Position numbers and translations under genes: made by a program
Shown: piece by piece, positions 27,505-36,349 of the stretch
How positions within the stretch are numbered: the first letter of the stretch is position 1
Layout: every line of letters begins with the position of its first letter
Origin: Candidatus Aenigmatarchaeota archaeon
Lineage (GTDB): Archaea; Aenigmatarchaeota; Aenigmatarchaeia; QMZP01
Assembly: GCA_016783545.1 (NCBI GenBank)
Contig: JADHWJ010000004.1
Span: forward strand, 27,513-91,512
DNA: 64,000 nucleotides
Reading direction: 5' to 3'
The notes under the pieces: model-generated
The model's database searches: none
Seen by the model: only the letters and a program-made list of their open reading frames with translations
Told to the model about the DNA's origin: nothing

Positions 27505-28496
27505 TTAAACACCCTGTAAATATAATCAGAATTTCCCATCTTTAGTCTCTCTGCTTCTCTTATGTGAAGAAGAGCTGATTTTTTATGAATTTCTTTGAAA
27601 ATATCCCTTCCAACTCTTTCAATAATCTTATCATACGTTGCTCTATCCATACCAACAACATCATTTCCCATTATAAAACCTATATCAGGGACAACTATTT
27701 CAGTTGCTTCATTATCATAATCACTGTTTTTTGCCATATTCATGAGCACATTCACAAAATATTCCTTTTTGAACATGTTTAATGCAACATTTGCTCCCAT
27801 TGCAAGCATTTTGTCAAATTTATCAATCCTTGGTTTTATGACACCTATCTTGCATAAATAAAGACAGATAGAGCAACCATTACATTTTTCATAGTCAAAA
27901 GATGGTATGTTAACAGCTTGATCAAACACTATGGCATTTTTTGGACATTCGTTTTTACAGACATTGCATATATTACAGTTGCCAATATATTCAGGTTTCC
28001 CGCCTTCGTGTATGTATTCTTTGCTTTTCTTTGTTAACGCATCAGCAAGATTTTTTATTGCTCCTCCAAAACCAGCACATTGATGTCCTTTTACATGGCT
28101 TAGAATAAGTACACCATCAGCATCCACTAGAGGCTTGCACACCTCAAAAACATTTCCATTTATCTTGGATGTTATAAAATCTTCTGATATGACAATAGGG
28201 CAGCCAATTCCTGATTCAGTAAATCCATTCTTACTTGCAATTTTTTTATACCCATCTATCGTATCCCTGGGATTGTATAATGCTACAGAATCAAAAATAA
28301 ATGGTTCTGTCTTCAAACTTTTCAGTATCTTCACAATTTTCGCAACAAATTTTGGTTTTAGATTATTTTCATTCTTAGATTCGCCCATGTGAAGCTTTAT
28401 TGCTATACTTTCCCCTGAAAGGAACAGTCCTTTTAATTCCATTTTCAGTTTTTTTAAAAACTCTTTCTCTTCTTTTTCAAATATCAATTCATTCAT
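27501..28496 (-). CDS. DUF362-domain iron-sulfur protein with 2x[4Fe-4S] ferredoxin insert
   Basis: CNICNVCKNECP and CNGCSICLYLC cluster motifs within a DUF362-like frame (IAIKLHMGE...). Confidence 0.6.
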   Translation of the reverse strand: MNELIFEKEEKEFLKKLKMELKGLFLSGESIAIKLHMGESKNENNLKPKFVAKIVKILKSLKTEPFIFDSVALYNPRDTIDGYKKIASKNGFTESGIGCPIVISEDFITSKINGNVFEVCKPLVDADGVLILSHVKGHQCAGFGGAIKNLADALTKKSKEYIHEGGKPEYIGNCNICNVCKNECPKNAIVFDQAVNIPSFDYEKCNGCSICLYLCKIGVIKPRIDKFDKMLAMGANVALNMFKKEYFVNVLMNMAKNSDYDNEATEIVVPDIGFIMGNDVVGMDRATYDKIIERVGRDIFKEIHKKSALLHIREAERLKMGNSDYIYRVFK

Positions 28497-28573
28497 AACA
28501 TCCCTATAATATCAGAATAATTGTTAATTTTAAAAGGGTTTGCTTTTAAAAAATTTAAAACCTATCAATAGAT

Positions 28574-29530
28574 ATGTCTATGGAAATTTGGACAGAAAAA
28601 TACAGGCCGAAAACACTGGGAGATGTAATAAACCAGAAACATGTAGTAAATGCACTGAAATCATGGGTAAGCGAAGGCTCAATTCCGCATATTTTATTCT
28701 CTGGTAGGGCTGGTGTTGGTAAAACCACAGTAGCAATTGCACTCGCAAGAGATCTGTTTAAAGATAATTGGGAAGGAAATTTCCTTGAACTGAATGCAAG
28801 CTCTGAGAGAGGAATTGATGTCATAAGAGGAAGAATAAAAGACTTTGCAAGGATAAAATCAATAGGTACTGAATTTAAAATCATATTCTTAGATGAAGCA
28901 GATTCCCTTACACCAGAGGCTCAACAGGCTTTGAGAAGAACAATGGAGATGTATTCTGGTTCCTGTAGATTTATACTTTCCTGTAACTATTCCAGTCGCC
29001 TTATTGAACCAATTCAGAGTAGGTGTGCTGTTTTTAGATTCAAAGAGCTTTCAAAGGAAGATGTTCTCCAGTATATTGATAGAATAATTAAAAATGAATG
29101 CATAACTGCTGAAAAAGAAGGTGTAGAAGCAGTATATGAAGTGTCTGGTGGAGACCTCAGAAAAACAACTAATATTTTGCAGGCAGCTTCAACATTAGGA
29201 ACCGTTACCAAGGACAGTGTTTATGTAGTATCTTCTCAAGCAAAACCAAAGGATATAGAAGAAATGTTGTCCTTTGCAGTAGGGGGAAAGTTCAAAGAAG
29301 CCAGGAAAAAGCTATATGAGCTCATAGTGAGCCAGGGGCTCTCAGGAGAGGACGTAGTTAGGTCAATCCATAGGCAAATATTCGAGCTGGAATTGCCTGA
29401 GGAGGCCAAATTAAAGCTGCTAGAACTCATAGGTGAGTATGAATATAGGTTAAATATGGGTTCTGATGAGCTTATACAATTAGAAGCATTTCTGGCGCAG
29501 GTTCTGAAGACCGGTAAATCTATTCAGTAA
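28574..29530 (+). CDS. rfcS: replication factor C small subunit
   Basis: WTEKYRP, GRAGVGKTT, FLDEADSLT and SRC motif (IQSRCAVFRF). 318 aa, no intein. Confidence 0.9.
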   Translation: MSMEIWTEKYRPKTLGDVINQKHVVNALKSWVSEGSIPHILFSGRAGVGKTTVAIALARDLFKDNWEGNFLELNASSERGIDVIRGRIKDFARIKSIGTEFKIIFLDEADSLTPEAQQALRRTMEMYSGSCRFILSCNYSSRLIEPIQSRCAVFRFKELSKEDVLQYIDRIIKNECITAEKEGVEAVYEVSGGDLRKTTNILQAASTLGTVTKDSVYVVSSQAKPKDIEEMLSFAVGGKFKEARKKLYELIVSQGLSGEDVVRSIHRQIFELELPEEAKLKLLELIGEYEYRLNMGSDELIQLEAFLAQVLKTGKSIQ

Positions 29531-29798
29531 AATCACAAATCCATGCACATGCATTATCCTTTGCTATGTATTTCCAGTTGCCCAAACACTGAACATGTAT
29601 AGTATCTTTGTTTCTATTTGCACAGCATTCATCATTGTATCCAGGAGTTACTGTACCACAGCTTGAACCAAGTAGTGTGCAATTGTTATCAGGGCAATTA
29701 ACACCAGTCCTATTCCCAATTGTACTATTTGTTGATTCGCTTATGCACCCAGAAGTAAGAACAACAGCCATTAAAATCAATACAACTAATATTCTCAT
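29520..29798 (-). CDS. small Cys-rich secreted/lipoprotein-like protein
   Basis: Internal start MRILVVLILMAVVLTSGC (lipobox-like), followed by 10 Cys. The longer track ORF (to 29915) would overlap the neighbouring ORF. Confidence 0.4.
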   Translation of the reverse strand: MRILVVLILMAVVLTSGCISESTNSTIGNRTGVNCPDNNCTLLGSSCGTVTPGYNDECCANRNKDTIHVQCLGNWKYIAKDNACAWICDFTE

Positions 29799-29844
29799 AA
29801 TTATAATTTGGTTTTTTATATAAAAAGCGTTCTGGTTTTTAGGC

Positions 29845-30126
29845 TTAGGCCAAAGCTTCTTCAGCTCTGAGTTTTTCCAGTTTATCTTTATATCCTCTGA
29901 CAGGTCCTTGTTCACATGTAAAGTGTGTAGCCCAATCCAGGTTTATTCCAGAGTTAACTGTAATATGCTCAACAGGATCACCTTCTGTGTCAATATCTTC
30001 CAGATCAAAATAAAATGATTTCATAGTATCACCTTCAATGTAAAAGAATGCGGGACCAGAAGTTATTATACCATGAAAGATTCTACCATGATAAGAAAGA
30101 TCCACCAAACCGTCTGGGAAATTCAT
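29845..30126 (-). CDS. hypothetical protein
   Basis: 93-aa ORF. No motif recognised. Confidence 0.35.
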   Translation of the reverse strand: MNFPDGLVDLSYHGRIFHGIITSGPAFFYIEGDTMKSFYFDLEDIDTEGDPVEHITVNSGINLDWATHFTCEQGPVRGYKDKLEKLRAEEALA

Positions 30127-30147
30127 AAGAATAATTAATAGTAAAAT

Positions 30148-30729
30148 TTATAAGACTAATCTCTTTTTCACCTGTTTTATAACATCAGCCCAATAATCTC
30201 CATGTGGTGTATACATTTCAGGATTTTCTTTTAGTTGTTTTTCCAATTCATCTATTGGAATAAACCGGATTTTCTGAACCTCTTCTTTCTGTAGTTTTAA
30301 ACCCCTGACATCACTATCAAACCTGAGAAAATAAACATAAAAAAATTCATTATTTTTGATATTCCTGAAAACTGCCTGATTTTTTCTAATCCTATAAAAA
30401 TTCAAGTCCTCTTTCTTGACCTTCAGACCAATTTCCTCTTCCATCTCTCTCAATCCAGAGTCAATAGGCTCTTCATTTGCGTTTACATGACCTGCAGCAG
30501 ATATGTCCCACATATTAGGATAGACAAATTTATCTTCAGCTCTGAGTTGCAGAAGAATTTCACCTTTGGAGTTGTATATCCAGATATGTGATGCCCTATG
30601 CCATAATCCGTCTCTATGTATTTCGCTTATCATTTTCTGGACATTGATAGGTTTATTGTTTTCATCAAAAACATCAAGCAATTCATCTGGCATAGTATTA
30701 GTTGAATTTTTGTGGTTTAAAAATAGCAT
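30148..30729 (-). CDS. NUDIX hydrolase (IDI-like subgroup)
   Basis: Nudix box GHVNANEEPIDSGLREMEEEIGL. Confidence 0.75.
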   Translation of the reverse strand: MLFLNHKNSTNTMPDELLDVFDENNKPINVQKMISEIHRDGLWHRASHIWIYNSKGEILLQLRAEDKFVYPNMWDISAAGHVNANEEPIDSGLREMEEEIGLKVKKEDLNFYRIRKNQAVFRNIKNNEFFYVYFLRFDSDVRGLKLQKEEVQKIRFIPIDELEKQLKENPEMYTPHGDYWADVIKQVKKRLVL

Positions 30730-30732
30730 CCA

Positions 30733-31290
30733 TTATACGAATCTAATATTTTTCATCAAATCATCAATTTTCTTATAGAACTCTCTTCTGGTTCCATTGT
30801 TTGTTATCTTAATGTCAGCAAGTTTGAATGTATTTTCATAGTCAAAGTATTTGCTTTCATTCCTTTCCTGAACCTGAAACTCTTCAAATGTTTTAGGGTC
30901 TCTGTCACTTTTCCTTTTCTTCAGCCTCTCAAACCTTATCTTAGGAGAAGCTTCTACAATAATAATTTTAATATCCTTTCCAAACGCTTTCTTTATTGAC
31001 TTTGTCTCTTGAGATACTCTTATGGCAGCTATTATTGATTTTTCCCAGCCCTCTTCTTTTACTTTTTCAATAACTTTGTCAGAGAAGAAAAGCTTTCCGT
31101 ATCTGTCCCTGTATTTTTTCTGGGTTTTCTGCAAGTTTATCCTATTCAGTTCTAGGCCGTCTTTTTTTGTATATTCCCTTACAACATCACCAAGCGCTAT
31201 TTTATGAAAACCATATTTCTTAACCATGTAATCAGCAGCTTCGTCTTTCCCAGAGCCAATCAATCCCATTATTCCAACCACAATAGCCAT
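30733..31290 (-). CDS. P-loop nucleotide kinase (UPF0200/dephospho-CoA-kinase-like)
   Basis: IMGLIGSGKDEAADYM P-loop. ~185 aa. Confidence 0.5.
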   Translation of the reverse strand: MAIVVGIMGLIGSGKDEAADYMVKKYGFHKIALGDVVREYTKKDGLELNRINLQKTQKKYRDRYGKLFFSDKVIEKVKEEGWEKSIIAAIRVSQETKSIKKAFGKDIKIIIVEASPKIRFERLKKRKSDRDPKTFEEFQVQERNESKYFDYENTFKLADIKITNNGTRREFYKKIDDLMKNIRFV

Positions 31291-31324
31291 ACATATTTAT
31301 ATGTCAAACAACAATAAATGTTCT

Positions 31325-31993
31325 ATGAAAATAGTGTTTTTAGGCCCTCCGGGTTCAGGAAAAGGAACATATTCATCAAGATTGGTTCCAAAACTAGGAA
31401 TACCCCATATATCAACAGGAGACCTTTTCAGAGAAAACATAAAAAATGAGACAGCACTTGGAAAGAAAGTAAAAGAAATTATTGATGCTGGAAAATTGGT
31501 TCCTGATGAAGTTACAGCTGAAATGCTCAAAGAAAGAATAGAAAAACCAGATGCCAAGAAAGGATTTATTCTTGACGGATTTCCAAGGACAATGTCCCAG
31601 GTAGAAGCACTTGACAAATTGACAAAAATAGATATTGTCATTAACCTTATATTACCTGATCATATTCTGATAAAAAAGATTGCTGCCAGAAGACAGTGTA
31701 GAAAGTGTGGTGATATATACAATCTTGCTGACATAAACGAAGATGGAATACATATGCCTCCATTGCTTCCAAAAGTTGAGGGAAAGTGCGACAAATGTGG
31801 TGGTGAAATCTATCAAAGAGATGATGATAAAGAAGAAATAGTGATGAGTAGGCTAGATGTGTATAAAAAACAGACAGCACCACTTATAGAATATTACAGA
31901 GGAAAAAATCTGTTAAAAGATGTCCCTGTTGTTGGCGGACCTGATATAATGGTTCCAAACATAATTAAAGTGTTAGAGACAATATCTTCTTAA
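31325..31993 (+). CDS. adk: adenylate kinase (long, zinc-lid type)
   Basis: MKIVFLGPPGSGKGT, GFILDGFPRT, and lid Cys pairs CRKCG...CDKCGG. The track ORF starts at 31301. Confidence 0.85.
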   Translation: MKIVFLGPPGSGKGTYSSRLVPKLGIPHISTGDLFRENIKNETALGKKVKEIIDAGKLVPDEVTAEMLKERIEKPDAKKGFILDGFPRTMSQVEALDKLTKIDIVINLILPDHILIKKIAARRQCRKCGDIYNLADINEDGIHMPPLLPKVEGKCDKCGGEIYQRDDDKEEIVMSRLDVYKKQTAPLIEYYRGKNLLKDVPVVGGPDIMVPNIIKVLETISS

Positions 31994-32016
31994 ATCTAAT
32001 TGTTTAAAAATATTTT

Positions 32017-32805
32017 ATGAGCATTCTTGATATTCTAAAAGAAAGAAAGATGGAGAATGAAGAGCCTGAAGAAAAAAAGGAAGGCTATGTGAAATTAACC
32101 GAACTGAAGAAAAAATCAGATAAACCTGTCAAGAAAAAGACAGAGAAACCAAAAAAGAAAATTATTGAAAAACCAAAGGAAATAATTCTAAGATCAGCCA
32201 ATCCAAGAAGAAAAGGATATTTTATTGTTTTTGAAGGAATAGATGGCGCCGGTGACACAACACAGACAAAAAGGCTTTACAAATATTTTGAAGAAAAAAG
32301 AAAGAATGTTGAAATAGTCCACTATCCAGAATATGAAAGTCCTGTTGGAAAGCTAATACATGAATTTTTGCACAGGAAAATCGATCTTTCAAGTGAAGTA
32401 CAGTTTCTCTTATATTCAACTGACATGATAAAGGACAGGGATAAAATAGAGGGCTGGCTTAAAGAAGGAAAGATTGTAATAGCCGATAGATATTTCACAT
32501 CAACCATATCATATCAAGCTCTTGACAACATGTCAATGCCGAACATAAAGAGATTTTCTGGCATATTTGGAATACCAAAGCCTGATGTCGTTATATATCT
32601 CAAAGCAAAAGCAGAGACAGGCATAAAAAGAAAGGTGTCTGGAAAAATTGGTCTTGATAGGTTCGAATCAAATGAAAAGCTTTTAGAAAAAATCTCAAGC
32701 AATTATAACAAAATGGCGCAGAAAAATATATTTGGTAAATGGATAATTGTTAACGGAGAAAAAACAAAGGACGAAGTTTTTGAAGAGATAATAAAAAAAC
32801 TTTGA
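32017..32805 (+). CDS. tmk: thymidylate kinase-like protein with Lys-rich N-terminal extension and Walker-A Lys replaced by Asp
   Basis: FIVFEGIDGAGDTTQ (canonical is EGxDGxGKTT), ADRY and the LID region. ~65-aa K/E/P-rich N-terminal extension. Confidence 0.65.
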   Translation: MSILDILKERKMENEEPEEKKEGYVKLTELKKKSDKPVKKKTEKPKKKIIEKPKEIILRSANPRRKGYFIVFEGIDGAGDTTQTKRLYKYFEEKRKNVEIVHYPEYESPVGKLIHEFLHRKIDLSSEVQFLLYSTDMIKDRDKIEGWLKEGKIVIADRYFTSTISYQALDNMSMPNIKRFSGIFGIPKPDVVIYLKAKAETGIKRKVSGKIGLDRFESNEKLLEKISSNYNKMAQKNIFGKWIIVNGEKTKDEVFEEIIKKL

Positions 32806-32807
32806 TT

Positions 32808-33347
32808 TTACCAGGGCTCTCTCTTTATTCTTAGGACATATCCAATTATGGATGCTATCCAATGAACTATTGGTGTTATGACAACTAATAAAATTACCCA
32901 GCTAATTTCTAATGTTATCACAAAACTAGCAAAAAGCAAGGCTCCCAGCAAAAAATCTTCCTGATCCAGTAGAGGTGCTGGCCTACCCCTTCCCAACCCA
33001 AATCTTCTTTTGAGAAATGAACCAATCAAGTCTCCGAACATTGCACCAAATCCTAAAAAGAGTCCCAGCATAATGGTCATTGGAATTATATTCAAAGCAA
33101 CAGGGCTTATATTCCACGGAAGATATGGATGTGCGAGCTGCTGTATAAAAGCTATTGCACCACCAATCATTGTGCCAAACAAAAGACCTTCCCAGGTTTT
33201 CCCAGGTCCGAATAAAGGCCTATCGAGGAAGCTTCTCCCACCATCTATTGCATGTCTTCCTTTGAGAATAGGAACCAGTCCGTTAGCTGCAAATGCTGGC
33301 AAAATAATCCAGATGGCTTCAACCAATGTAAAGATATCAAATACCAT
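32808..33347 (-). CDS. carS: CDP-archaeol synthase
   Basis: LPAFAANGLVPILKGRHAIDGGRSFLDRPLFGPGKTWEG, characteristic of the DUF46/CarS family. Confidence 0.7.
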   Translation of the reverse strand: MVFDIFTLVEAIWIILPAFAANGLVPILKGRHAIDGGRSFLDRPLFGPGKTWEGLLFGTMIGGAIAFIQQLAHPYLPWNISPVALNIIPMTIMLGLFLGFGAMFGDLIGSFLKRRFGLGRGRPAPLLDQEDFLLGALLFASFVITLEISWVILLVVITPIVHWIASIIGYVLRIKREPW

Positions 33348-33379
33348 AGTATTATTTAGTTGGAAGATAAATAATAATT

Positions 33380-34465
33380 ATGAAAGCTATTACACCAGTT
33401 ATCTCGATCATCATTCTTTTATTCATTACAGTAGCATTTACAGGTCTTGGATACACTTTCATGTTCGGTGAATATACAGAAAGGGTGGAAAAGGTCTTTG
33501 ATTATGTTATTGGAGGCTCTTATTGCCTGGACGAAGATGTTAAGATAATGATAAACAATGTTGGTACAGGGAAGATAGATCTAGGTGAAGGAGTTCAGGG
33601 TGGCGGAGGCGGCGACCAGAAGACCTATGATATAAGCGCTGCAATGGATGGCGGAGCAACCTGTTGGGTGGGTTATCAAGAACCATGGGGAGCTGTTGGA
33701 CGATGCGAGGATGGACCAGCCGGCATGCCAGGAGTATATAATTTATTTGTTACCCATTGCAATGGAGTTCCAGGTCCAGGTGAATCTGGTGGACAAATAT
33801 GCATGGGTGACAATGCGGGTGCCATTGATTTCAATGTCGCAGATGTTGCGGACAGTGAAACTGTAACAGACATTCAATTGGAGCTCACTGCAAAACAAAA
33901 TTGTTTCGCTGGAAACATAAAACCAGTTGAAATATCTTATGCCTCAGGTGATATATTCCATTTCGCAGATTTATGGGTTGAAGTATCAGACCCGCTTGCA
34001 GTAGACTATGGTTCAGCATATTTAGAATGTGATACTGTTCCTATTACCAGCACAATAACTCTGAACAGCAATGCAATATCCACTCTGCAGTCAGACATGA
34101 CAGGCGATGAAAAATTTTCAATTGGCTTAATGTATATAGATGATGAAAATGGATTTGCAGGATATTTGGACGACATAAGCGACACCAGTCCGCCAATACT
34201 TCATGTAACCACAGGCGATTCTGGTGGTGGAGGAAGTGGCGCGGCTTGCACAGGTTCTGGAAACAAAATCAGATGCGGAGACTTAACCATAGTAAAAACC
34301 AGAGGCGGAGATTTTGTTGACCCAAGCTTTACAGAGACTTCAATTGATCCAAAAGAAACCGCGAGGTTTATAGACAAATGCACAGAAAGAATATGCTCTT
34401 ATAAAATGGTTTCTTCTAGCATAGGAAAAGACACAACAGTAAGGTGTGGCGGAAGTTTAGTATAG
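33380..34465 (+). CDS. pilin-fusion surface protein (class III signal peptide plus large variable domain plus conserved Cys-containing C-terminal module)
   Basis: MKAITPVISIIILLFITVAFTG N-terminus. Gly-rich linkers. C-terminal CTGSGNKIRCGDLTIVKT...CTERICSYKMVSSSIGKDTTVRCGG shared with 34496-35617. Confidence 0.55.
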   Translation: MKAITPVISIIILLFITVAFTGLGYTFMFGEYTERVEKVFDYVIGGSYCLDEDVKIMINNVGTGKIDLGEGVQGGGGGDQKTYDISAAMDGGATCWVGYQEPWGAVGRCEDGPAGMPGVYNLFVTHCNGVPGPGESGGQICMGDNAGAIDFNVADVADSETVTDIQLELTAKQNCFAGNIKPVEISYASGDIFHFADLWVEVSDPLAVDYGSAYLECDTVPITSTITLNSNAISTLQSDMTGDEKFSIGLMYIDDENGFAGYLDDISDTSPPILHVTTGDSGGGGSGAACTGSGNKIRCGDLTIVKTRGGDFVDPSFTETSIDPKETARFIDKCTERICSYKMVSSSIGKDTTVRCGGSLV

Positions 34466-34495
34466 TTTTTTAGTTTCTAATCATATAATTAAAAC

Positions 34496-35617
34496 ATGAA
34501 GGCAATTACTCCGGTTATCTCAATTATTATTCTTTTAGTTATTGCAATTGCAATTGCAGGCAGTGCCTATTTATTCATTTTTGGCCAGTTCAATGCAAGA
34601 GTTGAAAACCTTTTTGACATAATGCATTCAGGTTCTTATTGTAGGGATGGAAACGTTGATATAATAATAAAGAATATTGGAACCACAACACTTGATTTAA
34701 AAAATCCTGGTGACGAACCACCGCCACAAGATTCCACTAACCTAGTAGGGTTATGGCATTTTGATGAAGGATCTGGCTTCACAACAACTGATTCAAGTGG
34801 AATGGGAAAAGACGGTACAATCACTAATGCTGAGTGGATAGATGACTGTGTTTCTGGGAACTGTTTGGATTTCAATGGAAATGGTTATGTGAGCACAGAT
34901 AAGTGGATAGATGGCATATGGAACAAATTCACATGGTCATCATGGGTTAAAGAGAGATATAGAGGCGGAACCTATATGATTCATAGGGCTGCTTATGCAG
35001 ATATTATATCAGAAGCCAATAGCGGAAACACAAGATTTGATACAGGGTACAATCCTTGGCGTGTATCATTTAATCATTACACTGGATATGATGAATGGCA
35101 TCATATTGCAGTGACAAGGAACGATGAAAACTTCTCTTACTATATTGACGGTGAGAGAATAGATTCAGATCAAAATTCAGGAGATACTGATTGGGATAGG
35201 GATTATCATGGTTCTTATATAGGTGGTGATGGTCATAATGGTTGGGCAGGCTATTTCAGGGGCGCAATTGATGATGTATATATCTATACCAGGGGTTTGG
35301 GTGATGATGAAGTAAAGCAGCTATTCTGTAATGGTGCCTATGGCTTGCTCGAGGAAGGGATTATTAGTAAAGCAACATATGATTCCTATAATTGTGATCC
35401 TGGTACAGGTTGTTCAGGTTCTGGAAGAAAGGTGACATGTGGAGATATGATTATAACAAAAACTTCTAGCGGAAACTTTGGCAGTGCGAGCTTTTCAAAG
35501 CCTTCAGTTGCGCCAGGGGAAATAGCAAGCCTTAAAGACAGTTGTACAGAAAGAAGATGTTCTTATAGAATAGTTTCTCCAGCAATTGGAAAGGATGTAA
35601 CAGTAAGATGTGGTTGA
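34496..35617 (+). CDS. pilin-fusion surface protein with LamG/concanavalin-like lectin domain
   Basis: MKAITPVISIIILLVIAIAIAG. LamG_3-like signature LVGLWHFDEGSG...DSSG.G.DGT...G.CL.F.G...WHHIAVT...YIDGE...FRGAIDDVYIYTRGL. Same C-terminal Cys module as 33380-34465. Confidence 0.6.
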   Translation: MKAITPVISIIILLVIAIAIAGSAYLFIFGQFNARVENLFDIMHSGSYCRDGNVDIIIKNIGTTTLDLKNPGDEPPPQDSTNLVGLWHFDEGSGFTTTDSSGMGKDGTITNAEWIDDCVSGNCLDFNGNGYVSTDKWIDGIWNKFTWSSWVKERYRGGTYMIHRAAYADIISEANSGNTRFDTGYNPWRVSFNHYTGYDEWHHIAVTRNDENFSYYIDGERIDSDQNSGDTDWDRDYHGSYIGGDGHNGWAGYFRGAIDDVYIYTRGLGDDEVKQLFCNGAYGLLEEGIISKATYDSYNCDPGTGCSGSGRKVTCGDMIITKTSSGNFGSASFSKPSVAPGEIASLKDSCTERRCSYRIVSPAIGKDVTVRCG

Positions 35618-35621
35618 TTTA

Positions 35622-35732
35622 TGGGCTCGGAGAGGTCTTCGGCTTTGCTGAAGGCAAGTGCCTTAGCACAACGATCGAACTCCCGGCCTCCACGTTATCA
35701 GCGTGGCGTTCTAACCACTGAACTACGAGCCC
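35622..35732 (-). tRNA. tRNA-Ile(GAU) with ~38-nt intron at the T-loop/T-stem junction
   Basis: GGGCTCG-TA-GTTC-AGTGGTTA-GAAC-G-CCACG-CTGATAA-CGTGG-AGGCC-GGGAG-TTCGATC-[GTTGTGC...GAAGAC]-CTCTC-CGAGCCC-A. Confidence 0.8.
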
Positions 35733-35768
35733 ATTAACGATTAATATTGGTCTCTTTTATATTTATAA

Positions 35769-35873
35769 CGCCCCCGCTGGGATTTGAATTCCTGAATAAC
35801 TTGTTGACCAAATTATTTCCCAGGTCCCAGGCTCGAGAAGCCTGAATGCTTAACCAGACTACACCACGGGGGC
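35769..35873 (-). tRNA. tRNA-Glu(CUC) with 30-nt intron between T-stem and T-loop (53/54)
   Basis: GCCCCCG-TG-GTGT-AGTCTGGTTAA-GCAT-T-CAGGC-TTCTCGA-GCCTG-GGAC-CTGGG-[AAATAATTTGGTCAACAAGTTATTCAGGAA]-TTCAAAT-CCCAG-CGGGGGC-G. Confidence 0.8.
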
Positions 35874-35912
35874 CTTATAGATAATATTACATTTCTTTAT
35901 TTAAAGAATTAA

Positions 35913-36281
35913 TTATTTCTTTCTTTTTAATAAATCAAAGTTCTTTTCAGGATCAATTATAAAATTTCCGCAGAGGATGTTTCTACCAATTATCAATGGA
36001 AAGTTCATATGTGATCTGTCCTGTAGATTGATTTCTGCAACAAATTTCCTTCCTGCAATTTCTATAACACCCTCAACAACAGGTCTTTTAATCTTTTCAT
36101 GTAAAGACGGATTTTTTACTGTTGTTGTTCTATGAGGAGGTCCAAACCCGGCTCTTTTAGCGAGTTTTGTATCCATTGATGTTAAAAAAGCACCAGAATC
36201 CATAAGCGCGAGCACACTAACGGTTTTCTTACCACTAAGCTTTACGTTCTCGATAACACCTACAATTTTCTTTTTAACCAT
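35913..36281 (-). CDS. retropepsin-like aspartic protease domain protein (DUF785/RimK-associated type)
   Basis: ALMDSGAFLTSMD (D-S/T-G-A) and ...FPLIIGRNIL. 122 aa. Confidence 0.5.
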   Translation of the reverse strand: MVKKKIVGVIENVKLSGKKTVSVLALMDSGAFLTSMDTKLAKRAGFGPPHRTTTVKNPSLHEKIKRPVVEGVIEIAGRKFVAEINLQDRSHMNFPLIIGRNILCGNFIIDPEKNFDLLKRKK

Positions 36282-36349
36282 AATATTCCATATAATACTT
36301 GTCTAAATTCCTTAAAAAACAGAAAACGTAAGTTAATTTAGGAGATTTT

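Noticed and set aside
27019-32805. Cluster of four P-loop nucleotide kinases (Fap7, UPF0200-like, Adk, Tmk) as a possible system.
   Set aside because: The genes are on different strands, interspersed with unrelated housekeeping genes, and each has a known independent role. Only the Tmk P-loop anomaly was kept as a finding.
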